From sequence record SRR20825006_2950: a stretch of DNA of 33,047 nucleotides; one strand, 5' to 3'. The translations under genes were made by a program, and so were the position numbers. Within the stretch, counting starts at the first letter, position 1. Each line of letters begins with the position of its first letter. Below, piece by piece: positions 1 to 8,521 of the stretch. The notes under the pieces were generated by a model. That model ran no database searches and had not been told where the DNA came from. It saw only the letters and a list, made by a program, of their open reading frames with translations.

Positions 1-72
1 TTGGTAGACGCGCTAGCTTCAGGTGCTAGTTTCCGTATGGAAGTGGAAGTTCGAGTCTTCTCCAGGGCACCA
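1..72 (+). tRNA. tRNA-Leu(CAG), 5' end truncated by the window edge
   Basis: D-loop remnant TTGGTAGAC; anticodon stem CTAGC(13-17)/GCTAG(25-29) with loop TT-CAG-GT; long variable arm TTCC-GTAT-GGAA; T-arm GGAAG-TTCGAGT-CTTCT; acceptor 3' strand CCAGGGC, discriminator A, encoded CCA (70-72). Confidence 0.96.
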
Positions 73-235
73 ATTTATCTCACGATAATCTTGTTGCCGC
101 TGCCACCGCAGATATGGCGGGGTATGTTCTCTCAAAAAAATCCACAGCCCTTTGCCGCAAGTCAGGTTCGTGTCAGTGCGCTTTGCTATGGCTCTTCTCG
201 TATCAGTTCGTTTTGAACTTTTCGGGAGGAAAAGA

Positions 236-1210
236 ATGTTCAAACATTTTAAGGCTGCGTTGGCAGCAACTGCTTTGACTTTTGGTGTAGCTGGCGCTGC
301 GATGGCAGATGGCCACCAGAAAGTTGATGATATCCACTTTTTGATTCCTGGTGGCGCTGGTGGCGGCTGGGATGGTACGGCCCGCGGCACTGGTGAAGCT
401 TTGACCAAGGCTGGCATTGTTGGCCAAGCTACATATGAAAATATGTCTGGCGGCGGTGGCGGTAAAGCCATTGCGCATTTGATCGAAACAAGCGATCCGG
501 GCACATTGATGGTCAACTCAACACCAATCGTGATCCGGTCATTGCAAGGTGTGTTCCCACAGTCCTTCCGTGACTTGACCCCAATTGCCGGCACGGTTGG
601 TGACTTTGGCGCAATCGTTGTGCACAAAGATTCCAAATATAATGAAATGGGCGAACTGTTGGCCGATTATGCCAGCGATCCATCAGCCATTGCCATTGGC
701 GGCGGTTCCGTTGCCGGGTCTATGGACCATTTGATTGCGGCATTGGTGATGAAAAATGCTGGCGCCAACCCAATGGATGTAAAATATATTCCATATGATG
801 CAGGCGGCAAAGCCATGGCTGGCTTGCTTTCAGGCGAAATTGCAGCCCTCACCACAGGTTTTGGCGAAGCCATTGAACTGGCACGTCAGGATGAAGTGCG
901 CATTTTATGCGTCACCTCAACTGCCCGTTTGGACAGCGCACCAGACACACCAACATGTGACGAAGCAGGCTCAACAGGCACTGAGTTCGTAAACTGGCGC
1001 GGTTTCTTTGCGGCACCTGGTTTGGATGATGAAACCAAAGCAAAATATATCGCAGCGCTTGAAGCCATGTACGACACTGAAGAGTGGGTAACTGTACGTG
1101 ATCGCAATGGCTGGGTTGATATTTTCAACTCAGACGCAGACTTCGTAGCCTTCTTAGAAAAGCAGGAAGAAGAAGTGGCAGACCTTATGCGTGAGCTTGG
1201 CTTCCTATAA
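236..1210 (+). CDS. tctC: Tripartite tricarboxylate transporter substrate-binding protein (Bug/TctC family)
   Basis: Signal peptide MFKHFKAALAATALTFGVAGAAMA; Bug motifs IPGGAGGGWDGTAR, ENMSGGGG, YIPYDAGG, NWRGFFAAPG. Start moved to ATG236 behind RBS GGGAGG. Confidence 0.93.
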   Translation: MFKHFKAALAATALTFGVAGAAMADGHQKVDDIHFLIPGGAGGGWDGTARGTGEALTKAGIVGQATYENMSGGGGGKAIAHLIETSDPGTLMVNSTPIVIRSLQGVFPQSFRDLTPIAGTVGDFGAIVVHKDSKYNEMGELLADYASDPSAIAIGGGSVAGSMDHLIAALVMKNAGANPMDVKYIPYDAGGKAMAGLLSGEIAALTTGFGEAIELARQDEVRILCVTSTARLDSAPDTPTCDEAGSTGTEFVNWRGFFAAPGLDDETKAKYIAALEAMYDTEEWVTVRDRNGWVDIFNSDADFVAFLEKQEEEVADLMRELGFL

Positions 1211-1271
1211 GCTCAATTGAAGATTGGTCGTGGCCCACGGGTCACGATTGGTCTGCGGCGAATTTCGTCTT

Positions 1272-1302
1272 AAATGCGCCCGCAGTTCGGGCGCATTTTT
1301 TT
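1272..1302 (+). terminator. Terminator-like / mRNA-stabilising hairpin between tctC and tctB
   Basis: AAATGCGCCCG-CAGTT-CGGGCGCATTT followed by further Ts. Confidence 0.75.
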
Positions 1303-1339
1303 CACCAAGATCCTTTGGATAAGGATTGGGAGGGGTTAA

Positions 1340-1798
1340 ATGTTTTTCACCAAACGCAGAATTGGCGGCATGTTGTTGCTGGCCTTTTGCATTGCCTACG
1401 CCATTTTGGCGCAGCGCATTCCGCTGCTGCCCTTTCAGGCAAAATCGGCATTCCACGCCCGCACCATGCCAGAAATTTTGGCCGTGATGGGCACCGCGCT
1501 TTCCATCGCCATTATTGTTCTGCCCTCACCGGCTGAATATGTGAGCACAAAGGGGCAAAACTGGCTCACCGCCTTAGCTTTCTTGGTGCTGATGTCCATT
1601 TATGGCCTCACCATTCGTCCGTTCGGCTTTGTGCTGGCGTCGTCCATGTTGTTGGGCGTTGGTTATTGGCTTTTGGGTGAGCGCAAAATTTGGCTTTTGC
1701 TGGTGACTTCGGTTCCGGTTGCCATTGCATTTTGGGCGCTCATGTCCATTGGCCTTGGGGTGTTTATTGAACCATTGCCTTGGTTCTTGAGAGGGTAA
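1340..1798 (+). CDS. tctB: TTT small membrane subunit
   Basis: 152 aa with about 4 hydrophobic segments; between tctC and tctA; RBS GGAGGG. Confidence 0.88.
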   Translation: MFFTKRRIGGMLLLAFCIAYAILAQRIPLLPFQAKSAFHARTMPEILAVMGTALSIAIIVLPSPAEYVSTKGQNWLTALAFLVLMSIYGLTIRPFGFVLASSMLLGVGYWLLGERKIWLLLVTSVPVAIAFWALMSIGLGVFIEPLPWFLRG

Positions 1799-1802
1799 AA
1801 TC

Positions 1803-3341
1803 ATGCTTGATGGTATTATGATCGGGCTATCGACAGCCCTTAATCCTTACAATTTGGTCTTTGTGGTGTGCGGCTGTTTGGTGGGCACGTTTATCGGCAT
1901 GTTGCCCGGTTTGGGGCCAATGTCGGCGATCGCCTTGATGATCCCCATTGCCGCCAGCCTAGACCCATCTGCGGGCATCATCTTGATGGCAGCGGTTTAT
2001 TATGGCGCCATCTTTGGCGGCTCTACCTCTTCTATTTTGATCAATGCGCCGGGCGTGGCCAGCACCGTGGCCACCTCCTTTGATGGTTACCCGATGGCAA
2101 AGCAAGGTAAAGCTGGCAAAGCCTTGGCCGTTGCAGCTTACTCGTCATTTTCTGGTGGCGTGATCGGCGCGATCCTGTTGCTGATTGCTGCGCCTTTCTT
2201 GGCCAAAGTGTCTTTGTCGTTCCATTCGACCGACTATTTCGCGTTGATGGTGTTGGGTCTTACTGCAGTGGCTGCCTTTGCGGGCCAAGGCAATATGCTC
2301 AAAGCCATGTTGATGACGGTTGTTGGCTTGATGCTCTCCACCGTCGGCACGGACCAAACTCAAGGCATCCAGCGGTTTACGCTTGGCATGATCGATTTGC
2401 TCGACGGCATTTCCTTCCTGCTTTTGGTAATGGCCACCTTTGCCTTGTCAGAAGCGCTGATGGCAATTTTGCGTCCCAAAGCCAGCGATGAAGACCGGAA
2501 AAAAGAGCAAGAAGCGCACAATAATCTTGGCTCCATGAAAGTGAGCAAAGAAGAAGTGAAAGAAATTGCACCTGTGATTGGTCGCTCTTCTATTCTTGGC
2601 TTTTTGGTCGGCGTGCTGCCCGGTGCGGGTGCCACCATTGCCAGCTTCTTGGCGTATGGCACAGAACAGCGCTTGGCTGGACCGACCAAGGGTAAATTGT
2701 TCGGCAAGGGCTCTATTCGCGGCCTTTCCGCGCCAGAAACCGCCAATAATGCTGCAGCAACTGGTTCATTTGTGCCTCTGCTGACTTTGGGTATTCCCGG
2801 TTCAGGCACAACTGCCATAATGTTGGGCGCATTGATTGGTTACGGCATTCAGCCGGGTCCACGGCTTTACATCGATCAACCTGCCGTTTTCTGGTCTGTG
2901 ATCGTTTCAATGTGGATCGGTAACATCATCTTGTTGGTGCTGAACCTGCCTTTGATCCCATACATCGCGAAAATCTTGGCGATCCCGGCCCGCTTCTTGC
3001 TGCCGCTGATCCTGTTTTTCTCACTGATCGGAGTTTATTTCGTCAGCTTCAACACGTTCGACATTCAGTTGATGATCGTGTTTGCCGTTGCGGCGGTAAC
3101 GTTAAGGTTGCTGGACTTCCCGCTCGCTCCAATGATCCTTGGGTTCATTTTGGGTGGCATGATGGAAGAGAATCTGCGGCGAGCCCTTTTGATCAATAAT
3201 GACAGTTGGTCATTCCTTTGGGAGCGTGAGTTGACCCTCGCCATTCTCACTATTGCTGCACTCACCTTGGTGGTGCCCATGTTGTTGCCGCTATACCAGA
3301 AATGGCGGCGCACAGCAGACCGCGCGGGCGAAGGCGGCTAA
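1803..3341 (+). CDS. tctA: TTT large membrane subunit
   Basis: TctA motifs GMLPGLGP, YYGAIFGGSTSSILINAPG, PETANNAA, PLLTLGIPGS, GIQPGP. Confidence 0.95.
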   Translation: MLDGIMIGLSTALNPYNLVFVVCGCLVGTFIGMLPGLGPMSAIALMIPIAASLDPSAGIILMAAVYYGAIFGGSTSSILINAPGVASTVATSFDGYPMAKQGKAGKALAVAAYSSFSGGVIGAILLLIAAPFLAKVSLSFHSTDYFALMVLGLTAVAAFAGQGNMLKAMLMTVVGLMLSTVGTDQTQGIQRFTLGMIDLLDGISFLLLVMATFALSEALMAILRPKASDEDRKKEQEAHNNLGSMKVSKEEVKEIAPVIGRSSILGFLVGVLPGAGATIASFLAYGTEQRLAGPTKGKLFGKGSIRGLSAPETANNAAATGSFVPLLTLGIPGSGTTAIMLGALIGYGIQPGPRLYIDQPAVFWSVIVSMWIGNIILLVLNLPLIPYIAKILAIPARFLLPLILFFSLIGVYFVSFNTFDIQLMIVFAVAAVTLRLLDFPLAPMILGFILGGMMEENLRRALLINNDSWSFLWERELTLAILTIAALTLVVPMLLPLYQKWRRTADRAGEGG

Positions 3342-3364
3342 TTTCTCCCTAACTCCTCAAACTG

Positions 3365-3396
3365 AAAAGGGCGCCATTTCGGCGCCCTCTTTTTTT
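3365..3396. terminator. Probable bidirectional intrinsic terminator between convergent tctA and doeD
   Basis: AAA-AGGGCGCC-ATTTC-GGCGCCCT-CTTTTTTT. Confidence 0.8.
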
Positions 3397-3441
3397 GCTC
3401 ACCTGTGGGTAAAAGGCGAGCGTGGGTTCGATTTCTGGTGG

Positions 3442-4815
3442 TTAGGAAAAGTCCATCGCCTTCACCACATCTGCGGTTTTAGACACGACTTCGTCTGCCT
3501 CTTGCTTGGTGAGGCAGAATGGTGGCGCAAAGCCCAAAATGTCACCTTGTGGCATGGCCCGGCCAATTACTTTTTTCTGGCCCAAGGCGCCCGCAATTTG
3601 CGGCCCAATTTTCTGGCTTGGGTCGAAGAAGGTGCGGCTGTCTTTGTCTTTCACAAATTCCACAGCACACATCATGCCTTCACCGCGGATATTGCCGACA
3701 TTTGGGTGATCATCCAAAGCGGCGTGCATTTGCGCATTCAGATAATTGCCGACTTCGCCTGCATTTTGCACCAGGTTCAACTCGTCAATCAGCTTCAAGT
3801 TCGCAATGCCTGCGGCTGCGCCAATCGGGTGTGCTGAATAAGTCCAGCCATGGCCGATGGGGCCATATTCGTCGGTGCCTTGTTCAAACACTTTCCACAT
3901 TTTGTCGCCCACGATTGAGCCGGACAGTGGCGCATAGGCTGAGGTGAGGCCCTTCGCAATGGTGATCAGGTCAGGTTCCATTTCATAATGGTCCGACCCC
4001 ATCATAGTGCCCAAGCGGCCAAAGCCTGTCACCACTTCATCAGCCACCAACAAAATGTCGTGTTTCTTCAGTACTTTTTGGATTGCTGCCCAATAGCCTT
4101 TTGGTGGAGGCACAATGCCGCCTGTGCCCAAAATCGGCTCACCGATAAAGGCGGCGATGGTGTCTGCACCTTCGCGTTCGATCAGCTCTTCCAATTTGGC
4201 AACACAATGCTCAACAAACTGCTCTTCAGTTTGGTCGAGATTGTCACGACGATAATAATAAGGTGCTTCGGTGTGCAGCACTTGGGTCAGCGGCAAATCA
4301 AACTTTTTGTGGAAGAGCTCAAGGCCAGTCAAAGAACCTGTCATCAAGCCAGAGCCGTGATAACCGCGCCAGCGTGAGATGATCTTTTTCTTTTCCGGAC
4401 GACCAAGAATATTGTTGTAGTACCAGATCAGCTTGACGTTGGTTTCGTTCGCGTCAGACCCGCCCAAGCCAAAATAGACTTTGGACATGTTTTTCGGCGC
4501 ACGGTCCAAAATCATTTTAGACAGGGTGATGGAGGCTTCTGTGCCGTGGCCAACATAGGCGTGATAATAGGCCAGCTCTTTAGCTTGGGCCGCAATCGCG
4601 TCCGCAATTTCAGGGCGGCCATAGCCTACGTTTACGCAATAAAGGCCAGCAAAAGCATCGAGCAATTTGTTGCCGTCGCGATCTTCAATATGCGCGCCTG
4701 AGCCGCCTGTGACGATCCGGTTTGGGCTTTCGCCCCGCGCATGCTGCGCCAAGTGGGTTGAAGGGTGGAAAAAGTTCTCCCGGTCCCATTGGTCGAGTTG
4801 ATCATTTTTAAGCAT
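3442..4815 (-). CDS. doeD: L-2,4-diaminobutyrate transaminase (class III PLP aminotransferase; DoeD/Atf) of ectoine catabolism
   Basis: N-terminus MLKNDQLDQWDRENFFHPSTHL; LLDAFAGLYCVNVGYG, DEVVTGFGRLG, AKGLTSAY (PLP lysine), HGWTYSAHP; position in eut/doe cluster. Confidence 0.9.
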   Translation of the reverse strand: MLKNDQLDQWDRENFFHPSTHLAQHARGESPNRIVTGGSGAHIEDRDGNKLLDAFAGLYCVNVGYGRPEIADAIAAQAKELAYYHAYVGHGTEASITLSKMILDRAPKNMSKVYFGLGGSDANETNVKLIWYYNNILGRPEKKKIISRWRGYHGSGLMTGSLTGLELFHKKFDLPLTQVLHTEAPYYYRRDNLDQTEEQFVEHCVAKLEELIEREGADTIAAFIGEPILGTGGIVPPPKGYWAAIQKVLKKHDILLVADEVVTGFGRLGTMMGSDHYEMEPDLITIAKGLTSAYAPLSGSIVGDKMWKVFEQGTDEYGPIGHGWTYSAHPIGAAAGIANLKLIDELNLVQNAGEVGNYLNAQMHAALDDHPNVGNIRGEGMMCAVEFVKDKDSRTFFDPSQKIGPQIAGALGQKKVIGRAMPQGDILGFAPPFCLTKQEADEVVSKTADVVKAMDFS

Positions 4816-4826
4816 ATTCTCTCTCC

Positions 4827-6323
4827 TTACGCCCAGTCACGGCACACATATTTGATTTCAGTAAATGCCTCTAATCCTTGGCGCGCGCCTTCTCGCGCCA
4901 AGCCTGATTGTTTGTAGCCACCAAATGGAATTGGCGCGCCGGTTACCTTAGTGCGATTCACCGCCACCATGCCAAATTGCAGTGCCCGGCTCATGCGGTA
5001 AATTCGTTTTGGGTCTGCAGTATGCAGATAAGCGATCAAGCCATATTCGGTGTCGTTTGCCTTTTTGGTCACGGCCTGTTCATCGCTGAATTTCTGGATC
5101 GCAGCGACCGGCCCGAAAGTTTCTTCAGACATGATTTTGGCATCATCTGGCACATCCACCAAAACGGTTGGCTCATAGAAGAGTTCCCCCATTTCATGGC
5201 CTTTGCCCCCGGTGAGCACCTTGGCGCCTTTTTCAACCGCGTCGGTGACATGTTCGATCTGTTTATCAATTGCCTTTTGGTTCATCAATGGCCCAATCAC
5301 AGGGTCATCCATGCCAAAGCCAACGCTCAGTTTCGCTGTGGCGGCGGCGAATTTCTTGCAAAACTCGTCATAGATATTTTCATGCACATAGAAGCGGTTT
5401 GCGCCCAGGCAGTCTTGGCCAGAGGTTGCAAATTTTGCCTTCACAGCTTCGGCCACCACATAGTCCAAATCGCAATCATCGAAGGCGATGAAGGGGGCAT
5501 GCCCGCCCAGTTCCAATACCAGCTTTTTCACTGTGTCGGCACTTTGACGATAGAGTAAGCGGCCAATTTCGGTGGACCCGGTGAAGGACAATGCCCGCAC
5601 GCGGCTATCTTTCGTCCATGGTTCCACCACTGTCGCCGCGCGGCCCGTGACGATGTTCAACACGCCCGGCTCCAACCCCGCACGCTCCGCCAGTTCTGCC
5701 AAGGCAAGAGCGGAGTATGGTGTTTCATGGGAGGGATGTGCCACCACGGTGCAGCCAGCGGCAATGGCCGCAGCGGCTTTACGGGTCAACATGGCCGATG
5801 GGAAGTTCCACGGGGTGATCATTGCCGCCACACCAATTGGCTCGCGCCACAATTCCACTTCTGCATCATGCAGGTGCGAGGTGACCCCTTCGATATTTGG
5901 GCGCTTTGTTTCTTCGGCGTAAAACTCTACGAATGATGCGGCATAATCGATTTCGCCCAGCGCTTCGGACAAAGGCTTGCCCTGCTCCAACACCATGATG
6001 CGGGCTAGATCTTCTTTATGTTCAATGATCAAATCGAACCAGCGGCGCAGACAAGCCGCCCGGTGTTGCGGCAGGCTCATGGACCAGCTTTCGAAGGCTT
6101 TATCAGCGATCGCCACCGCTTCAGCGCTTTGCGCCGCGCTCAGGCTGGCCACCTCGCCCAACCACTCGCCATTGGCTGGGTTGGTGACAGGGATGGTGTC
6201 GCCATTATCGGCGCCGACCCACTTGCCGCCAATATAGGAAAATTGGCGCAGCAATCGACTGTCTTTGAGATAAGGCGTGATGCCTTTTAGGTCGTCATGG
6301 GTTTTCAAAAGATTTGACGGCAT
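4827..6323 (-). CDS. doeC: NAD(P)-dependent aldehyde dehydrogenase, GabD-like (DoeC/Ssd; aspartate-semialdehyde oxidation)
   Basis: ALDH motifs ITPWNFP, FTGSTEIG, LELGG, GQDCLG (catalytic Cys), EETFGP, PFGGYKQSG; directly upstream of doeD; RBS AAGGAGG. Confidence 0.87.
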   Translation of the reverse strand: MPSNLLKTHDDLKGITPYLKDSRLLRQFSYIGGKWVGADNGDTIPVTNPANGEWLGEVASLSAAQSAEAVAIADKAFESWSMSLPQHRAACLRRWFDLIIEHKEDLARIMVLEQGKPLSEALGEIDYAASFVEFYAEETKRPNIEGVTSHLHDAEVELWREPIGVAAMITPWNFPSAMLTRKAAAAIAAGCTVVAHPSHETPYSALALAELAERAGLEPGVLNIVTGRAATVVEPWTKDSRVRALSFTGSTEIGRLLYRQSADTVKKLVLELGGHAPFIAFDDCDLDYVVAEAVKAKFATSGQDCLGANRFYVHENIYDEFCKKFAAATAKLSVGFGMDDPVIGPLMNQKAIDKQIEHVTDAVEKGAKVLTGGKGHEMGELFYEPTVLVDVPDDAKIMSEETFGPVAAIQKFSDEQAVTKKANDTEYGLIAYLHTADPKRIYRMSRALQFGMVAVNRTKVTGAPIPFGGYKQSGLAREGARQGLEAFTEIKYVCRDWA

Positions 6324-6449
6324 AGCTCAATCCTCCTTTTCATCTGACGTAGACAGTGGGGGATCAAGCGGAGAATTTGTGACTGAATTCGCTGAAATTT
6401 AGAGAGAAGTTCGCTATAATTATGCTGAAATAAAGTGAAATTTTCTGCG

Positions 6450-6926
6450 CTATTCTAAAAGTTGTGCAATGGGTGGTACGCCCGCCTGTTTCACAGGCTT
6501 GGTGACAAAATAAGTGAAATAACGTGCCAAGCCGATCTTGGCCTCCAGCAGCTCATCAATCAGGCGTTGATAGGAATCAATATCCTTGGTGATCACTTGC
6601 ATGAAATAATCCAAGCCACCACCAATGGCCCAACAGGCCACGATTTCATCGTAATTTTTCATGGATTGCTCAAACAGCTGAAAACTGGATGCCCGATGGT
6701 TTTCCAACTCAACCGCCACAAAGATGGTGACGCAGGGCGCAATTTTTTGCAGCGAGATTTCTGCACGGTAAGATTGGATGACGCCCGACTTTTCCAACCG
6801 TTTCAACCGCTCCCAGCAGGGGGTGGGAGAGAGGTTGATCCGCGCCGCCAGTTCTGATTTTGAGATGCGCCCCTCTTGCGACAATAGCCGCAAAATCTCA
6901 ATGTCGCGCTCATCAAGCTTTATCAT
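6450..6926 (-). CDS. doeX: Lrp/AsnC family regulator of ectoine catabolism (AsnC/DoeX)
   Basis: LDERDIEILRLLSQEGRISKSELAARINLSPTPCWERLKRLE HTH plus C-terminal RAM domain; canonical asnC-ssd-atf order. Confidence 0.88.
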   Translation of the reverse strand: MIKLDERDIEILRLLSQEGRISKSELAARINLSPTPCWERLKRLEKSGVIQSYRAEISLQKIAPCVTIFVAVELENHRASSFQLFEQSMKNYDEIVACWAIGGGLDYFMQVITKDIDSYQRLIDELLEAKIGLARYFTYFVTKPVKQAGVPPIAQLLE

Positions 6927-6948
6927 AATGGGTCCTGTTGGTCGGCGA

Positions 6949-7947
6949 TTAGTCGGTTTTGATCATGGTGCCAAAATCAAGATTGTGCGCCAGTTCAAAT
7001 GCGTGGTTGGCAATAGCCGTATCTTGCGCGCCGGTGCCGGTCAAATCGCAAATTGTGATGGAGGCATCAGTGGTGCGATTGGGTTTGGTGCCCGCAATGA
7101 TTTCGCCCAGTTCTGCCGGCGTTTTATCTGTCGGCCAATTGCCTGTTTCTAAGGCCGTGCGCAACTCGCCCAGTTTTTCACACTGGCTCACCCGGTCACA
7201 CACATAGATGTCGGCCTGGGCAACGATTTCCGGGTCCAGCTCATTTTTACCTTCTTGATCCGACCCCATGGCGGTGATGTGCAGATCGGGATGCATCCAA
7301 TCGGCATCGATCAATGGTTCACGCGATGGCGTTGTGGTGACGAGCAACTGGCTCTCCTTCACCACCTGTTCGGCACTATCCACGGCGTGCGCTTCGACAT
7401 CAATTTCGTATGCAATGTCCTTGGCGCAGGCTTCGGCGTGATCTTTATTCCGGCCCCACACCAGCACTTTTTTGAACGGCCGTTCGAAATGTGCAGCGAT
7501 GATTTGCAGGCGCGCTTGCACCCCAGTGCCGATCACGCCCGCCGTTTCAACATTTTTTGGCGCCATATGACGCGCCACTACGCCACCTGCCGCTGCGGTG
7601 CGTAAATCGGTTAGATAGCCATTGTCTAAAAACACCGCGCTGGCCATGCCGGTTTTGGCGTTCAACAACATCATAAGGCCGTTCAAGCTGGGCAAGCCCA
7701 ATTTAGGGTTATCAAAAAAGCCAGGTGAGACCTTAATGGCAAAATGGTCAAAGCCCGGGATGAAGGCGGCTTTCACGTCCACTTCTGCATTTACCGCCGG
7801 TAAATCCATGGACATGATGGGCGGCATAATCACATTGCCAGAGGCGAGCGCCGCGAACGCTTTTTCTACAAGGTTATTCATCCCACGCCCTAAATGCAGG
7901 GTGGACTTCAACTCACGTTCAGTGACAATCAATATCTCGTGGGACAT
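6949..7947 (-). CDS. eutC: Ectoine utilization protein EutC (ornithine cyclodeaminase/mu-crystallin family)
   Basis: IKVSPGFFDNPKLGLPSLNG, DNGYLTDLRTAAAG, GTGVQA, CDLTGTGAQD; cluster context. Confidence 0.9.
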   Translation of the reverse strand: MSHEILIVTERELKSTLHLGRGMNNLVEKAFAALASGNVIMPPIMSMDLPAVNAEVDVKAAFIPGFDHFAIKVSPGFFDNPKLGLPSLNGLMMLLNAKTGMASAVFLDNGYLTDLRTAAAGGVVARHMAPKNVETAGVIGTGVQARLQIIAAHFERPFKKVLVWGRNKDHAEACAKDIAYEIDVEAHAVDSAEQVVKESQLLVTTTPSREPLIDADWMHPDLHITAMGSDQEGKNELDPEIVAQADIYVCDRVSQCEKLGELRTALETGNWPTDKTPAELGEIIAGTKPNRTTDASITICDLTGTGAQDTAIANHAFELAHNLDFGTMIKTD

Positions 7948-7957
7948 GAGTTTCCTC

Positions 7958-8521
7958 CTAAGCCGTTAGGCGCTTCGCCAATTGTTCCACCTGTTGCAAA
8001 GCAGTCGGACGGGCTAGAATGTCGTCTGGCTCCCGCACGCCACACGCCCGCACCAAATGACGTTCATTCAAACCCAATTTATCAAGCCCGGGCCCGTATT
8101 GTTCAAGCAACGCACCATAGCGTTCCTCCCCTTCCCCTTGAGTTTGCAGCAGTACCAGATGTTTGCCGCTGGGCAATTTTGATGGTTCGGGGTTGGTGAG
8201 ATAATCGCTCTTCAAAAATCCGAAAAACCGATCAATTGCGCCTTTAAGCAGGCCGGACATGTTGCAAAAATAGATCGGTGTGGTGAGCACAATAATATCG
8301 GCTTGATAAATATCATCCAGCGCGGGCGAAAGCTGATCCTGATGATCATCTACAACTTCGCCAAAGGGCAAAAACTCAAGGTCGCGCAAGGCATAATCAT
8401 GCAGCATGGATTGTGCGCCAATTGCCACTTCGCAAAAGCGGTCAGCCAATTTGTCACTATTGCCATTGGCGCGCGGGCTGCCGCGCAGCACCACAATGCT
8501 CTTTTGCTTAGGGTCGGACAT
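7958..8521 (-). CDS. Flavodoxin-fold protein, iron-sulfur flavoprotein / NADPH-FMN reductase-like, lacking the Cys cluster motif
   Basis: FMN-binding GSPRANGNS, ADIIVLTTPIYF, MSGLLKGAIDR. Start ATG8521 behind GAGGGAG; overlaps the eutB 3' end by 14 nt. Confidence 0.82.
   Translation of the reverse strand: MSDPKQKSIVVLRGSPRANGNSDKLADRFCEVAIGAQSMLHDYALRDLEFLPFGEVVDDHQDQLSPALDDIYQADIIVLTTPIYFCNMSGLLKGAIDRFFGFLKSDYLTNPEPSKLPSGKHLVLLQTQGEGEERYGALLEQYGPGLDKLGLNERHLVRACGVREPDDILARPTALQQVEQLAKRLTA

Noticed and set aside
1-636. ORFs 1..216 (+) and 19..636 (-)
   Set aside because: They overlap the tRNA or lie antisense to tctC and have no recognisable motifs. The same applies to the many shadow ORFs across the window.
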